DNA of 64,000 nucleotides from Dehalococcoidia bacterium (GTDB lineage Bacteria > Chloroflexota > Dehalococcoidia > GIF9 > AB-539-J10). Below, piece after piece: positions 10,147 through 19,359 of the stretch; position 1 is the first letter of the stretch, and every line of letters begins with the position of its first letter. The position numbers were made by a program, and so were the translations under genes. Under the pieces are notes generated by a model. It made no database searches. It saw only the letters and a list, made by a program, of their open reading frames with translations, and had not been told where the DNA came from. The stretch covers positions 15,792 to 79,791 of the forward strand of contig JAUWOR010000008.1 of assembly GCA_030612025.1 (NCBI GenBank), in the 5' to 3' direction.

Positions 10147-11331
10147 TTGAAGATCGCTTTCATTGCACCTGGTGTTCATCATCAAGCAGGACCAGAAAGA
10201 GTCACCGCTGCACTGGTCGAGAGGCTTTGTGAAGACCATCAGGTTTCGGTTTTCTCTCACACTATCGAGGGAATCGACCTATCCAAAATTAAGCACCATA
10301 GGGTGCCAGCAATTATGCATCCCGAGTTCTTAAGGTACATTTCCTTCCTGGTATCCAGTACCATCATCCTTGCCGTTCTTTCCCTCTTCAGGAAAAGAGA
10401 CTTTGATATCATCCATGGGTATGTTTGTGCTTTTTCCACTGATGTTATCACCTTTCATTTCTGTGAGAGGGAAGGCCTTCGTCTCGAAGAAGCCAACATA
10501 ATTGAGATACCGCATAAGGGTGCATGGCAAAAACTGAAAGCCCTTGACCATAGGATATATCGCAGCTTGGCAGTCTTTGTTGAGGGGCTAATATTCGGCC
10601 ACAATAGCTCCAAAGCGCGCATCGCCGTTTCAGAGCGCATGAAAAAGGAGTTCATTCGCCACTACGGCCATGTCGCCAAAAGTATTATCGTAATCCCCAA
10701 TGGGGTAAATTCAAAGATGTTTACCCCAGCCAATCGGTCACTTTATAGGGATTGGGTCAGACGAAAGCACAGCATATCACGTGGCGACTTAGTACTAATG
10801 TTCGCTGGGGGTGATTGGGAGAGAAAAGGAGTGTCTTCTATCATAGAAGCGCTTTCGCTGGTTCCGAGGCCGCATGTCAAACTTTTGATTGTTGGTAGTG
10901 GCGATGAGAAATTCTATGGTCAACTTGCGCAGCAAAAGCAGGTGAGAGAAAGAATAATCTTTGTTTCTCACAGCAAAAACCTTTGGGAATATTATGCTGC
11001 TAGTGATGTATTCGTTTTCCCTACCATATATGAGCCCTTTGGTCTGGTCATCCTCGAGGCCATGGCCAGTGGCTTGCCTGTAATAACCAGCCGCTCAGCA
11101 GGAGCAGCTGACTTTCTGACTGATGGGGTCGACGCCCTTCTGTTGGGCAATCCGGGTGACATAAACGACTTGGTAGCAAAAATCGAGTTGCTGCTTTCAA
11201 ACAGCGAACTTAGAAAGACGATGGGTGAGCGCGCCAGGGAGACCGCAGAAAAACTTTCGTGGGAGCGGGTAGCTGAAAAAACCCTAGAGGTCTATAATAG
11301 GGTACCAAAGCGGGAGAGGAGGGTAGCGTAA
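10147..11331 (+). CDS. GT4 family glycosyltransferase
   Basis: 394 aa with EPFGLVILEAMASGLPVITS (E-x7-E region) and a GT-B fold-like layout. Confidence 0.8.
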   Translation: MKIAFIAPGVHHQAGPERVTAALVERLCEDHQVSVFSHTIEGIDLSKIKHHRVPAIMHPEFLRYISFLVSSTIILAVLSLFRKRDFDIIHGYVCAFSTDVITFHFCEREGLRLEEANIIEIPHKGAWQKLKALDHRIYRSLAVFVEGLIFGHNSSKARIAVSERMKKEFIRHYGHVAKSIIVIPNGVNSKMFTPANRSLYRDWVRRKHSISRGDLVLMFAGGDWERKGVSSIIEALSLVPRPHVKLLIVGSGDEKFYGQLAQQKQVRERIIFVSHSKNLWEYYAASDVFVFPTIYEPFGLVILEAMASGLPVITSRSAGAADFLTDGVDALLLGNPGDINDLVAKIELLLSNSELRKTMGERARETAEKLSWERVAEKTLEVYNRVPKRERRVA

Positions 11332-11339
11332 CAACTAGC

Positions 11340-13340
11340 GTGCTTAGAGACTTACCTGTAGGCAATGGCAACCTACTCATCAATTTCGATACCGCTTACA
11401 ACATCCGGGATATCTACTATCCTTATGTCGGCATGGAGAACCATGCCGGAGGTTGTGTATCACGTACTGGCATCTGGGTTGACGGAAGCTTCGCATGCAT
11501 TGACAGCCCCGAGTGGCAGAAGGAAATGACCTATGAAAGCGAGACTCTGGTCACCAGTGTTACTGCCGCTAATCCTGCCCTAGGGCTCACCCTGACCTTT
11601 TCTGACCTCGTGGACTTTCACAGGGACATCTTCTTCAGGCGGGTTGTTGTAGTCAACCACCGAGATCACCCCCGCGACGTACGCCTATTCTTCCATTATG
11701 AGCTACGGATTCTAGGCAGCAGAATCGGCGATACTATCTACTACCACCCGGGATTGAAAGCGTTGGTGATGTACAAAGGACGGCGTTATTTCCTGGCAGG
11801 TGGCCAGGTGAATAGAAGGACTGGCATTGACGACTGGACAACCGGAAGCACAAGATCAGAAGATAAGTTAAGTGCATGGCGCGATGCCGAAGATGGCCAA
11901 TTGGGAAAGGTGCCTCTTACGTGTGGATTCGCTGAGGGAGTTATGGGGCTGTATGACAACGCTGTGCCCGCTAGGGGAAGCTCAACGATTTATCACTGGC
12001 TGGCGGCAAGCACCCGCTTCCATGGAATCGAGGAACTTGATGCCTTGGTTCGCGAGCGTGGACCTGAGTCATTCATTATGCGCACCCGTGATTATTGGCG
12101 AGCTTGGGTGAATAAGGAATCGCTAGACTTTGTCGACCTGCCGACTCCTATATTGGATTTGTACAAACGCAGCTTGCTCAGTATGCGCGTGCAGATCGAT
12201 AACCGCGGTGCCATCATCGCTAGCACTGACTCGGACATCACCGAGCTCTCAGGGGATACCTATTCTTATGTGTGGGGTCGTGACGGTGCCTTCGCAGCTA
12301 AGGCCCTCGACATGGCCAACTATGATGAAGTCAGTCAGCAGTTCTTCGATTTTTGCGCCCATGCCATTACCAGTGAAGGTTACCTGCTTCACAAATATAG
12401 CTCTGATGGGTGTCTTGCAGGCCACTGGATACCCTGGGCAGATGAGGAGGGTAAGCTGCAACTGCCAATTCAAGAGGATGAGACTGCTTTGGTAATATAC
12501 AGCCTTTGGCACCATTACAACAAGTTCCGCAATGTGGAATTCATTCGTTCCCATTATCGAAAGCTGGTTAAGAACGCTGCCGATTTTATGCTCAGCTATA
12601 GAGAGCCTCATACGAAGCTTCCGGCACCTTCATATGACCTTTGGGAGGAACGGCGTGGCATTCACTCTTTTACGGTTGCTGCGGTCTGGGCCGCCTTACA
12701 AGCTGCGGCGAACTTTACAGAAATGTTTGGTGAGGTAGCACTCACAAAACAGTGCCGTCAGGCTGCTACTGAGATAAAGGAGGGTGCTATTGAGTATCTT
12801 TTTGACAAGAGGTTGGGACGCTTCCTGCGCTCGATCAAGGTTGACGGCAATGGTGTGGTGGAACCGGACTACACTATCGATAGCAGTATTTGCGCTCCTT
12901 TTCTCTTCGGGATGCTTCAATCTACTGATCCCCTTATTGAAAGCACGATGGCGGCACTTATAGACAGGCTTTGGTGTAAGACCAAGGTGGGAGGCATGTC
13001 GCGCTACGAGAACGACCGCTACCAGCAAGTCAGTCAAGACATCGCCAATATCCCCGGTAACCCCTGGTTCATCTGCACTATGTGGGTGGCACAATACTAT
13101 ATTGCCAGGGCTCAATCGGTGGATGATCTCAAGCCGGCCCTCCAGATCCTCACCTGGGCTCAGCATTGTGCTCTCCCCAGTGGTGTACTTGCCGAGCAGG
13201 TTCATCCCCACAGCAGTGCCCCGCTCAGCGTATCGCCGCTGACTTGGAGCCATGCCACCGTAGTGATAGCAATCCACGAATATATCGATAAGTACCGTGA
13301 ACTTCAAGCACAGCTACACCATAGGGAAAAAGGTACATAG
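11340..13340 (+). CDS. glycoside hydrolase family 15 (glucoamylase-like)
   Basis: 666 aa with YSYVWGRDGA, LPIQEDETA and DLWEERRGIHSFT motifs typical of the GH15 (alpha/alpha)6 catalytic domain. GTG start 8 nt after the GT4 stop. Confidence 0.8.
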   Translation: MLRDLPVGNGNLLINFDTAYNIRDIYYPYVGMENHAGGCVSRTGIWVDGSFACIDSPEWQKEMTYESETLVTSVTAANPALGLTLTFSDLVDFHRDIFFRRVVVVNHRDHPRDVRLFFHYELRILGSRIGDTIYYHPGLKALVMYKGRRYFLAGGQVNRRTGIDDWTTGSTRSEDKLSAWRDAEDGQLGKVPLTCGFAEGVMGLYDNAVPARGSSTIYHWLAASTRFHGIEELDALVRERGPESFIMRTRDYWRAWVNKESLDFVDLPTPILDLYKRSLLSMRVQIDNRGAIIASTDSDITELSGDTYSYVWGRDGAFAAKALDMANYDEVSQQFFDFCAHAITSEGYLLHKYSSDGCLAGHWIPWADEEGKLQLPIQEDETALVIYSLWHHYNKFRNVEFIRSHYRKLVKNAADFMLSYREPHTKLPAPSYDLWEERRGIHSFTVAAVWAALQAAANFTEMFGEVALTKQCRQAATEIKEGAIEYLFDKRLGRFLRSIKVDGNGVVEPDYTIDSSICAPFLFGMLQSTDPLIESTMAALIDRLWCKTKVGGMSRYENDRYQQVSQDIANIPGNPWFICTMWVAQYYIARAQSVDDLKPALQILTWAQHCALPSGVLAEQVHPHSSAPLSVSPLTWSHATVVIAIHEYIDKYRELQAQLHHREKGT

Positions 13341-13368
13341 CCCACTTATCTCGGTCTTTGAGTCTCCT

Positions 13369-13393
13369 GTTGAACAATTCGGCTTTTTGTTCA
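13369..13393 (+). terminator. hairpin downstream of the GH15 gene (weak terminator candidate)
   Basis: TTGAACAA-ttcggcttt-TTGTTCAA is a perfect 8-bp stem, but no clear U-tract follows. Confidence 0.3.
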
Positions 13394-13551
13394 AATTAGT
13401 CTAGCAAATTTGGGAAGAGTTCGTCTTCCGCCAATTCCTAGTAAGGAAATGCTTTTTGGCAGTGCTATTCTCCTCTCTCCTTTATACCTCCAGAGGTGTA
13501 AATATTTTTCCCTTAGTTCTTCAAATGGCTAATATCCCCTGGGGCTAGGTC

Positions 13552-13751
13552 GACGCTGATGTGCCCGGTGGGGGGACTTGCAGCCAGAGTTTCTTATGGC
13601 TGACCGCACCCTTTCTCTGGCCTCCTGAACCGCCTTGTCTGGCAAGCCTACGATTTGTTAACGAAGGCAACCTAGATGATATGTCAACCTCCACCTCCAC
13701 CAGGGCTCCTTCCAGCCCCACCACGGCGCAGCTCAAAACTTTAGCTAGCAT
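13552..13751 (-). pseudogene. degenerate fragment of a second comM 5' end
   Basis: MLAKVLSCAVVGLEGALVEVEVDISS.LPSL, then after a frameshift [24 protein letters not shown]. This parallels residues 1-70 of the intact ComM at 354 on the opposite strand, with roughly three quarters nucleotide identity by eye. It is truncated at about 13552. Confidence 0.7.
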
Positions 13752-13922
13752 ATCGGGTTAATTACATCAAAGGCTGGTACCCACTAGTAGACATATGGTT
13801 TGGTGCTGATAACGCATAGCATGGTGGGGAATGTTAGACATTATATCCCTATAGCCAAATCCCTTCTCAAAAGCTGCTCCTATCAAATCTTAGGTTTTTG
13901 CCAATACTATCTCTCTTTTTCC

Positions 13923-13958
13923 AACGTTGTAATTACATTCCGCACCGGCAGGGGTTTT
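13923..13958. repeat. cassette-boundary motif copy 1 (AACGTTGTAATTACATTCCGCACCGGCAGGGGTTTT)
   Basis: One of 4 same-orientation copies. Palindromic core TGTAATTACA at 13929-13938. Confidence 0.7.
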
Positions 13959-14151
13959 ACTACTACAGCGTTTCAGTTACTACAGCATTTCGCCTTACTG
14001 GGCTGCTAGTTCGAAGGCTCGAAGCTTCGAACAACGTTTCGCGAATAAAAGATGTTTGCCTTAGCAAATTTGGGCGAGAGTACATAGCACCGTAGCCTTT
14101 TAGCCGCCATTATACGTAGCGAACGAAATAAAATAATCAGCCAGGGAATGC

Positions 14152-14352
14152 CTATTTCCCAAGCACTTTATATACCGGTTTTATTGCTGCTAACACAAAA
14201 ATTATAGCATACCAATACCAATCTAAACTGAGCAGTGGTCCCCAAAGTTTCGCTATCATTAAAATACAACCTGCAACACTCAGTTTCATGAACTGGATAT
14301 CAATCCAATTCAACTTTTTTATTTTTGCATCTGCCAAAGTTCCAAAAGTCAT
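14152..14352 (-). CDS. small (66 aa) membrane protein
   Basis: AAGGAGG sits 9 nt upstream of the ATG. Two hydrophobic helices. Confidence 0.6.
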   Translation of the reverse strand: MTFGTLADAKIKKLNWIDIQFMKLSVAGCILMIAKLWGPLLSLDWYWYAIIFVLAAIKPVYKVLGK

Positions 14353-14511
14353 ATTTTTATACCTCCTTTCTATTTAAATTCAGCCTCTATTTATACTAAA
14401 ATTCAGGTGGTTTAAGAATTTGCCTCCCGAAGCCAATTGCGTATAACGTTTTCATGTGTTTGCGAAGTCCTAAAGGCATTTGGGCGAGTGAAGCGAACCG
14501 CAAACACGCTG

Positions 14512-14910
<399 letters not shown>

Positions 14911-15072
14911 TCACCTCCAGGATATCGTCTAACAGCCATATAAACGAACTCTGGATTCGCCCAGTCCGCTGTGGCTTATCAAATCTTGGCATCTGTCACA
15001 GTAGCCGTCAAGCTAATTGCAACCACAATTGCAGGGCCCCTCATTATCTTCCTAACAGGGCCACTCCCCCCA

Positions 15073-15104
15073 AAAGCTGTAATTGCATTCCAGACGGACA
15101 TTTG
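15073..15104. repeat. cassette-boundary motif copy 2 (AAAGCTGTAATTGCATTCCAGACGGACATTTG), most diverged
   Basis: Core TGTAATTGCA at 15078-15087. Lies 34 nt downstream of the marR stop. Confidence 0.55.
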
Positions 15105-15137
15105 TGGATAATGTGATTGAAGTGTATTTCCTCATTG

Positions 15138-15575
15138 TCAACTGAACCCTCTTTGTTTAAATGCTGCAGCATTCTCGGCCATCTTCTTCAGGAGGTCAAG
15201 GGCAAGCTGTCTTTCATTCTCTGTAAATCCGGTGGCCAGACCTTCAGTCCAGTGTTCTAAAGCTCTTTCTATCCTGGGCACGACGTCTTTGCCTTTAGCT
15301 GTCAGAGAAAGCCTGTAAAACCGCTTGTCCTGGGAATCACGGTTTTTCGCCACATATCCTAGCTCCACCAGCTTCTTAATTGCTCGCGCCGTCGTCGTTT
15401 TATCCATGCCGAGTGCTTCACTCAATTCGTCCTGGCTCAATCCATCCTGCTGATAAAGAACACGGATAAAGGGCAAATGACCTCCCTTGACATCGAGTTC
15501 AGCAAACTCTTTGTCTATAAAACTACGGCTGTACCTGTGAATGATAGAGACCCACCTGCCTAATGACTCGTTCAT
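15138..15575 (-). CDS. MarR family transcriptional regulator
   Basis: 145 aa with a winged HTH (LSQDELSEALGMDKTTTARAIKKLVELGYVAKNRDSQDKR). Lies 6 nt downstream of the MATE gene. Confidence 0.85.
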   Translation of the reverse strand: MNESLGRWVSIIHRYSRSFIDKEFAELDVKGGHLPFIRVLYQQDGLSQDELSEALGMDKTTTARAIKKLVELGYVAKNRDSQDKRFYRLSLTAKGKDVVPRIERALEHWTEGLATGFTENERQLALDLLKKMAENAAAFKQRGFS

Positions 15576-15581
15576 CGTGTA

Positions 15582-16943
15582 TCACCCCGCTTCCATTAGA
15601 ATTTGCTGTTTCTTGAACTCACGCATCTGGGGAATAACCATAGCAAGCGTTATGATAAAGGATAATGTATCGGCGATTGGGAATGATAGCCATACCCCAT
15701 TAAGTCCGAAGAAACGTGGCAGAATGAATACTAAAGGGATGAGAAAGAGAATCTGCCTGGATGTAGAGAGAATGAATGTTTGAATTGGTTTTCCAATTGC
15801 CTGAAATATGGTTGCGCCAACAATCTGAAATCCGACCAGCCAAAGTGCCATAAAGATAAGCCTTATTGCATGGGTGCCTTGGGATATAAGGGCAGCATCC
15901 GTGGAAAAAAAACGTATAATCGGCTCAGCGAAAAGGAGGATGATTAAGACAGCACCGACGGAAAAGGCCGCCGCAATAATAACGGACCGGCGTATTACTT
16001 CTATTCCCCTGTCATAACGCCTCGCACCATAGCTGAAACCAAGGATTGGCTGGAGTCCCTGAGCAATACCCATATTCGGCATTACGGCAAAGTGCAGCAC
16101 CCGATGTACCACACCAAAAACTGCTATGGAGACATCCCCACCGTAAAAACCAAGAGTCCTGTTAATAATGACAGCAATAAAGCTTCCTGCTGCAGTCCTT
16201 ACAAACACACCGAATCCTATGGCTACAATTTCCTTGACTACAGTCCGCTCAAGAATAAAGTTTTTCACCCGAATTCGTAGGGAACTCTTTCCAGAGAGAA
16301 AATAATGCGCCAGATACAGGGTGGTGACAACATGTGCAATAACCGTTGCAATTGCAGCCCCCCGGATACCCATGCCAAGGGCAAAGATGAAAACTGGGTC
16401 AAGCGCAATGTTTAAAAGAGCACCTATAAACATGCTTATCATTGCCACCCGGGCATTGCCTTCCGCCCTGATAATAGCATTGGCTGCCATAGAGAATCCG
16501 TGGAACACCACGCCGAGAAGAATTATATCCATGTATTCTTTTGCGTAGGGTAGAATGGTGTCCGTAGCTCCAAAAAGACGGAGAAGGAAAGTGCTTCTTG
16601 ACAATGCCACAACCGCTAACGTTCCCCCAAGAATAAGAATCAAAATTATGGCATTACCCAGTGTACGTTCCGCCCTTTTCATATTGTCAGCACCCAGGCT
16701 TCTAGAAATAAGGGAAGCTGCCCCTATTCCTACCATCAGCCCTATGCCCATTATTACCATCTGGATTGGGAAAACAATGGAAATGCCGGCGATACCCAGA
16801 ATACCCACTCCTCGACCAACAAAAATCGCATCTACGACGTTGTAGAGAGACATAACGAACATGCCTGCCATCGCTGGGAGAGAGAGTTTCCACAGCAATG
16901 TTTTTATGGGTTCGCTAGCTAGAGCTACACTGTGGTCATGCAT
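15582..16943 (-). CDS. MATE family efflux transporter
   Basis: 453 aa, ~12 TM helices, MATE-like N-terminus (LLWKLSLPAMAGMFVMSLYNVVDAIFVG). Confidence 0.85.
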   Translation of the reverse strand: MHDHSVALASEPIKTLLWKLSLPAMAGMFVMSLYNVVDAIFVGRGVGILGIAGISIVFPIQMVIMGIGLMVGIGAASLISRSLGADNMKRAERTLGNAIILILILGGTLAVVALSRSTFLLRLFGATDTILPYAKEYMDIILLGVVFHGFSMAANAIIRAEGNARVAMISMFIGALLNIALDPVFIFALGMGIRGAAIATVIAHVVTTLYLAHYFLSGKSSLRIRVKNFILERTVVKEIVAIGFGVFVRTAAGSFIAVIINRTLGFYGGDVSIAVFGVVHRVLHFAVMPNMGIAQGLQPILGFSYGARRYDRGIEVIRRSVIIAAAFSVGAVLIILLFAEPIIRFFSTDAALISQGTHAIRLIFMALWLVGFQIVGATIFQAIGKPIQTFILSTSRQILFLIPLVFILPRFFGLNGVWLSFPIADTLSFIITLAMVIPQMREFKKQQILMEAG

Positions 16944-16965
16944 AACTTATTCAAATCCCTTCATC

Positions 16966-17013
16966 AGTTGTAAATACAACTGATTATATCAAGGCATAGT
17001 TGTAAATACAACT
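16966..17013 (-). promoter_or_regulatory. two identical 16-bp palindromes AGTTGTAAATACAACT (probable MarR operators) bracketing a TATAAT -10
   Basis: Boxes at 16966-16981 and 16998-17013, 32 bp centre to centre. The minus-strand TATAAT (16983-16988) lies between them, 23-70 nt upstream of the MATE start. Confidence 0.65.
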
Positions 17014-17095
17014 AATCTTTGAAGTAGCCTTCCAGTAGAATTTGAGTGGAAGGCAGAAGGTTATTTATCTCCCAGCCAGAACCATTTCCCGCTCT

Positions 17096-17129
17096 AAAGT
17101 TGTAATTACATTCCGCATGGGCACGGATT
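17096..17129. repeat. cassette-boundary motif copy 3 (AAAGTTGTAATTACATTCCGCATGGGCACGGATT)
   Basis: Core TGTAATTACA at 17101-17110. Abuts the stop codon (17129-17131) of the 17129-17812 ORF. Confidence 0.7.
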
Positions 17130-17812
17130 CATGGGTACATGCTCCTTAGTTCCTCTACAATTCTCCTCTCTTCCGTAAGTTTCTCTCTTTGCTCCGGGGT
17201 TAGGCGAGTTTGGTATTCAGCAAGCTTACGGTGTAACCTTTCCATCTCCTTACCGGGTTTCGCCCCCTCGAAACCAGACATTGCAGGAGTTTCTTTAACT
17301 CCTTCGGCTAGGCCGATTTTAGCAGCAATCCTCGGATACCATGATGGTCTAAAAAACCCGGCAGTTAACCAGTCTCCAAACCGCACTATCAGAATGTCAA
17401 TATACCGCATAGGTGGAAAGAACCACCGCACAACCCCGCCTTCCTGACCTGTCACAGCACGCAATAGGGTGCCTCCTCCAGCATACAAGAAACATAGCGT
17501 GAGAAGAAAACAGGGCAGGCAGAGGATGACGAGGATCAGACTCCAAAAACCACCAGTGCCAACCGCACCAAAGATAAAGCTGAAGATAAGGCCAAACATA
17601 GACCAGACAAAGGCCAATACCAGGTAACCAGTGCCCCTGTACTCAGGTGGCTCTAGTTCGCTTAGTTTGGCGCCTCTTACTTCTGGATTAACGGCACTAT
17701 GTTTGCCGGCAACAAATAATAGAGCAGCAGCCGTCAATGAGAGGCCAGCAAGAATAGCAAAGAAAGAGGGAGAAAGTAATCTACCCAGTCTTACTAAGAT
17801 TTCCATGGCCAC
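17129..17812 (-). CDS. membrane protein (4-5 TM) with charged coiled C-terminal tail, unknown function
   Basis: 227-aa ORF with GGAGG-like AGGGAGGTGG upstream of the ATG. Confidence 0.6.
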   Translation of the reverse strand: MAMEILVRLGRLLSPSFFAILAGLSLTAAALLFVAGKHSAVNPEVRGAKLSELEPPEYRGTGYLVLAFVWSMFGLIFSFIFGAVGTGGFWSLILVILCLPCFLLTLCFLYAGGGTLLRAVTGQEGGVVRWFFPPMRYIDILIVRFGDWLTAGFFRPSWYPRIAAKIGLAEGVKETPAMSGFEGAKPGKEMERLHRKLAEYQTRLTPEQREKLTEERRIVEELRSMYP

Positions 17813-17964
17813 CTCCCTTCAAACTAGCTCCGACAAATATTTAAGGATAGCATAACAAATTTGAATGTGATGGAGCTAGTTGCAATCTCTATCGCTGAGC
17901 GATTTGACAGAATTTTGCGGATGAAATGATTACCCTAGTCCCTTCTCAAACAACTTTCCACCCC

Positions 17965-17999
17965 AACGTTGTAACTACATTCCGCACGGGCAAGGGTTT
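17965..17999. repeat. cassette-boundary motif copy 4 (AACGTTGTAACTACATTCCGCACGGGCAAGGGTTT)
   Basis: Core TGTAACTACA at 17970-17979. Lies in the divergent intergenic region between 17812 (-) and 18123 (+). Confidence 0.7.
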
Positions 18000-18122
18000 A
18001 GCTCCATTCTAAGATATTGACCATCACGCGAACGAGGACTAAACTCAAGTCCCAAAAGTTGATTATCACCTCTGAAAATCTGGTAATATTAAAAAGGGGG
18101 AAACGTAAGAAAGGAGACAGCT

Positions 18123-19175
18123 ATGAAGATTATTGACCTGCGAAGTGATACGATAACCCTCCCCACAGAGGATATGCGCCGAGCCATGTATGAGGCTGAA
18201 GTAGGAGATGACGTTTATAAAGAGGACCCCACCGTTAATCTCTTAGAGGAACTAGCTGCCCGCATGTTGGAGAAAGAGGCTGCTCTCTTTACAGCCAGCG
18301 GAACTATGAGCAACCTTATTGCTATCCTGACATATACCCGCCACGGCAATGAAATCATCATGGGCAGTGAAGCTCATATGTTATGGGCCGAGGTTGGCTC
18401 TGCATCTGCCTTAGGTGGAGTCGTGATGAGGACTGTTCCCAACGAGCAAGACGGCCGGCTGGACCTTGGTATGGTGGAGCAAGCTATTCGACCAGAAAAT
18501 ATCCACTTCCCTCAGACTACGCTCCTCTGTCTAGAGAATACCCACAATCGCTGTGGTGGCACTGTTCTGACTCCTGAATACACATCTACTATCGCCGAAC
18601 TCGCTCACCAACATGGACTTCGGGTTCACCTGGACGGAGCACGCATTTTCAACGCCGCCGTTGCCCTTGATGTGCCTGTAAGTGAACTGGTTGCACCCGC
18701 GGATTCTGTCTGCTTCTGCCTCTCCAAGGGCCTCAGCGCTCCCGTGGGCTCTCTCCTGTGTGGGACTCAGGAGTTTGTAGCGAAGGCCCGCAAGTGGCGT
18801 AAGATGCTGGGAGGAGGAATGCGCCAGGTGGGAATCATCGCTGCCGCTGGCATCATTGCTCTTCAGAAAATGGTTGCGCGTCTGGCTGAAGATCACGCTA
18901 CTGCCCGGCACTTAGCGTATGGGCTAGCCAACATCCCCGGCATCACCGTTCACCCTGACAGGGTTCAAACCAACATCGTGATGTTTGAGCCTCCGATTAC
19001 CATCCCCGCTCCCGAGTTCATCCAACGGAGCAGTGCCCGGGGTGTTAGGTTCGGCTCTCTGGGTGGGCGAAGAGTGCGGGCCGTCACGCACCGCATGGTC
19101 ACAAAGGCAGATATAGATGAAGCCCTGAACCGTATTGAGTTTCTTGTCAGAGAAACAGAGTCAGAAGCCCATTAG
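18123..19175 (+). CDS. ltaE: low-specificity L-threonine aldolase (PLP-dependent, GntG/LtaE family)
   Basis: IDLRSDTITLPTEDMRRAM..GDDVYKEDPTVN N-terminus. 350 aa. Confidence 0.8.
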   Translation: MKIIDLRSDTITLPTEDMRRAMYEAEVGDDVYKEDPTVNLLEELAARMLEKEAALFTASGTMSNLIAILTYTRHGNEIIMGSEAHMLWAEVGSASALGGVVMRTVPNEQDGRLDLGMVEQAIRPENIHFPQTTLLCLENTHNRCGGTVLTPEYTSTIAELAHQHGLRVHLDGARIFNAAVALDVPVSELVAPADSVCFCLSKGLSAPVGSLLCGTQEFVAKARKWRKMLGGGMRQVGIIAAAGIIALQKMVARLAEDHATARHLAYGLANIPGITVHPDRVQTNIVMFEPPITIPAPEFIQRSSARGVRFGSLGGRRVRAVTHRMVTKADIDEALNRIEFLVRETESEAH

Positions 19176-19359
19176 AAAAAGATTCCTCTCCCGAGCCTCG
19201 AAGTTAAGCGCTCGCTTATCGGGCTGTAATGGAGTATAGCGAGCGTGAATTGGTTAGAACTCGCGGTTCGCCTCAAGTGTTACCTATGTGGTCAGTCAGC
19301 ACACTATGGTGCAACACATCGCTCAATCAGGTATCATTGTCACTACTAAGGAGGTCAAT

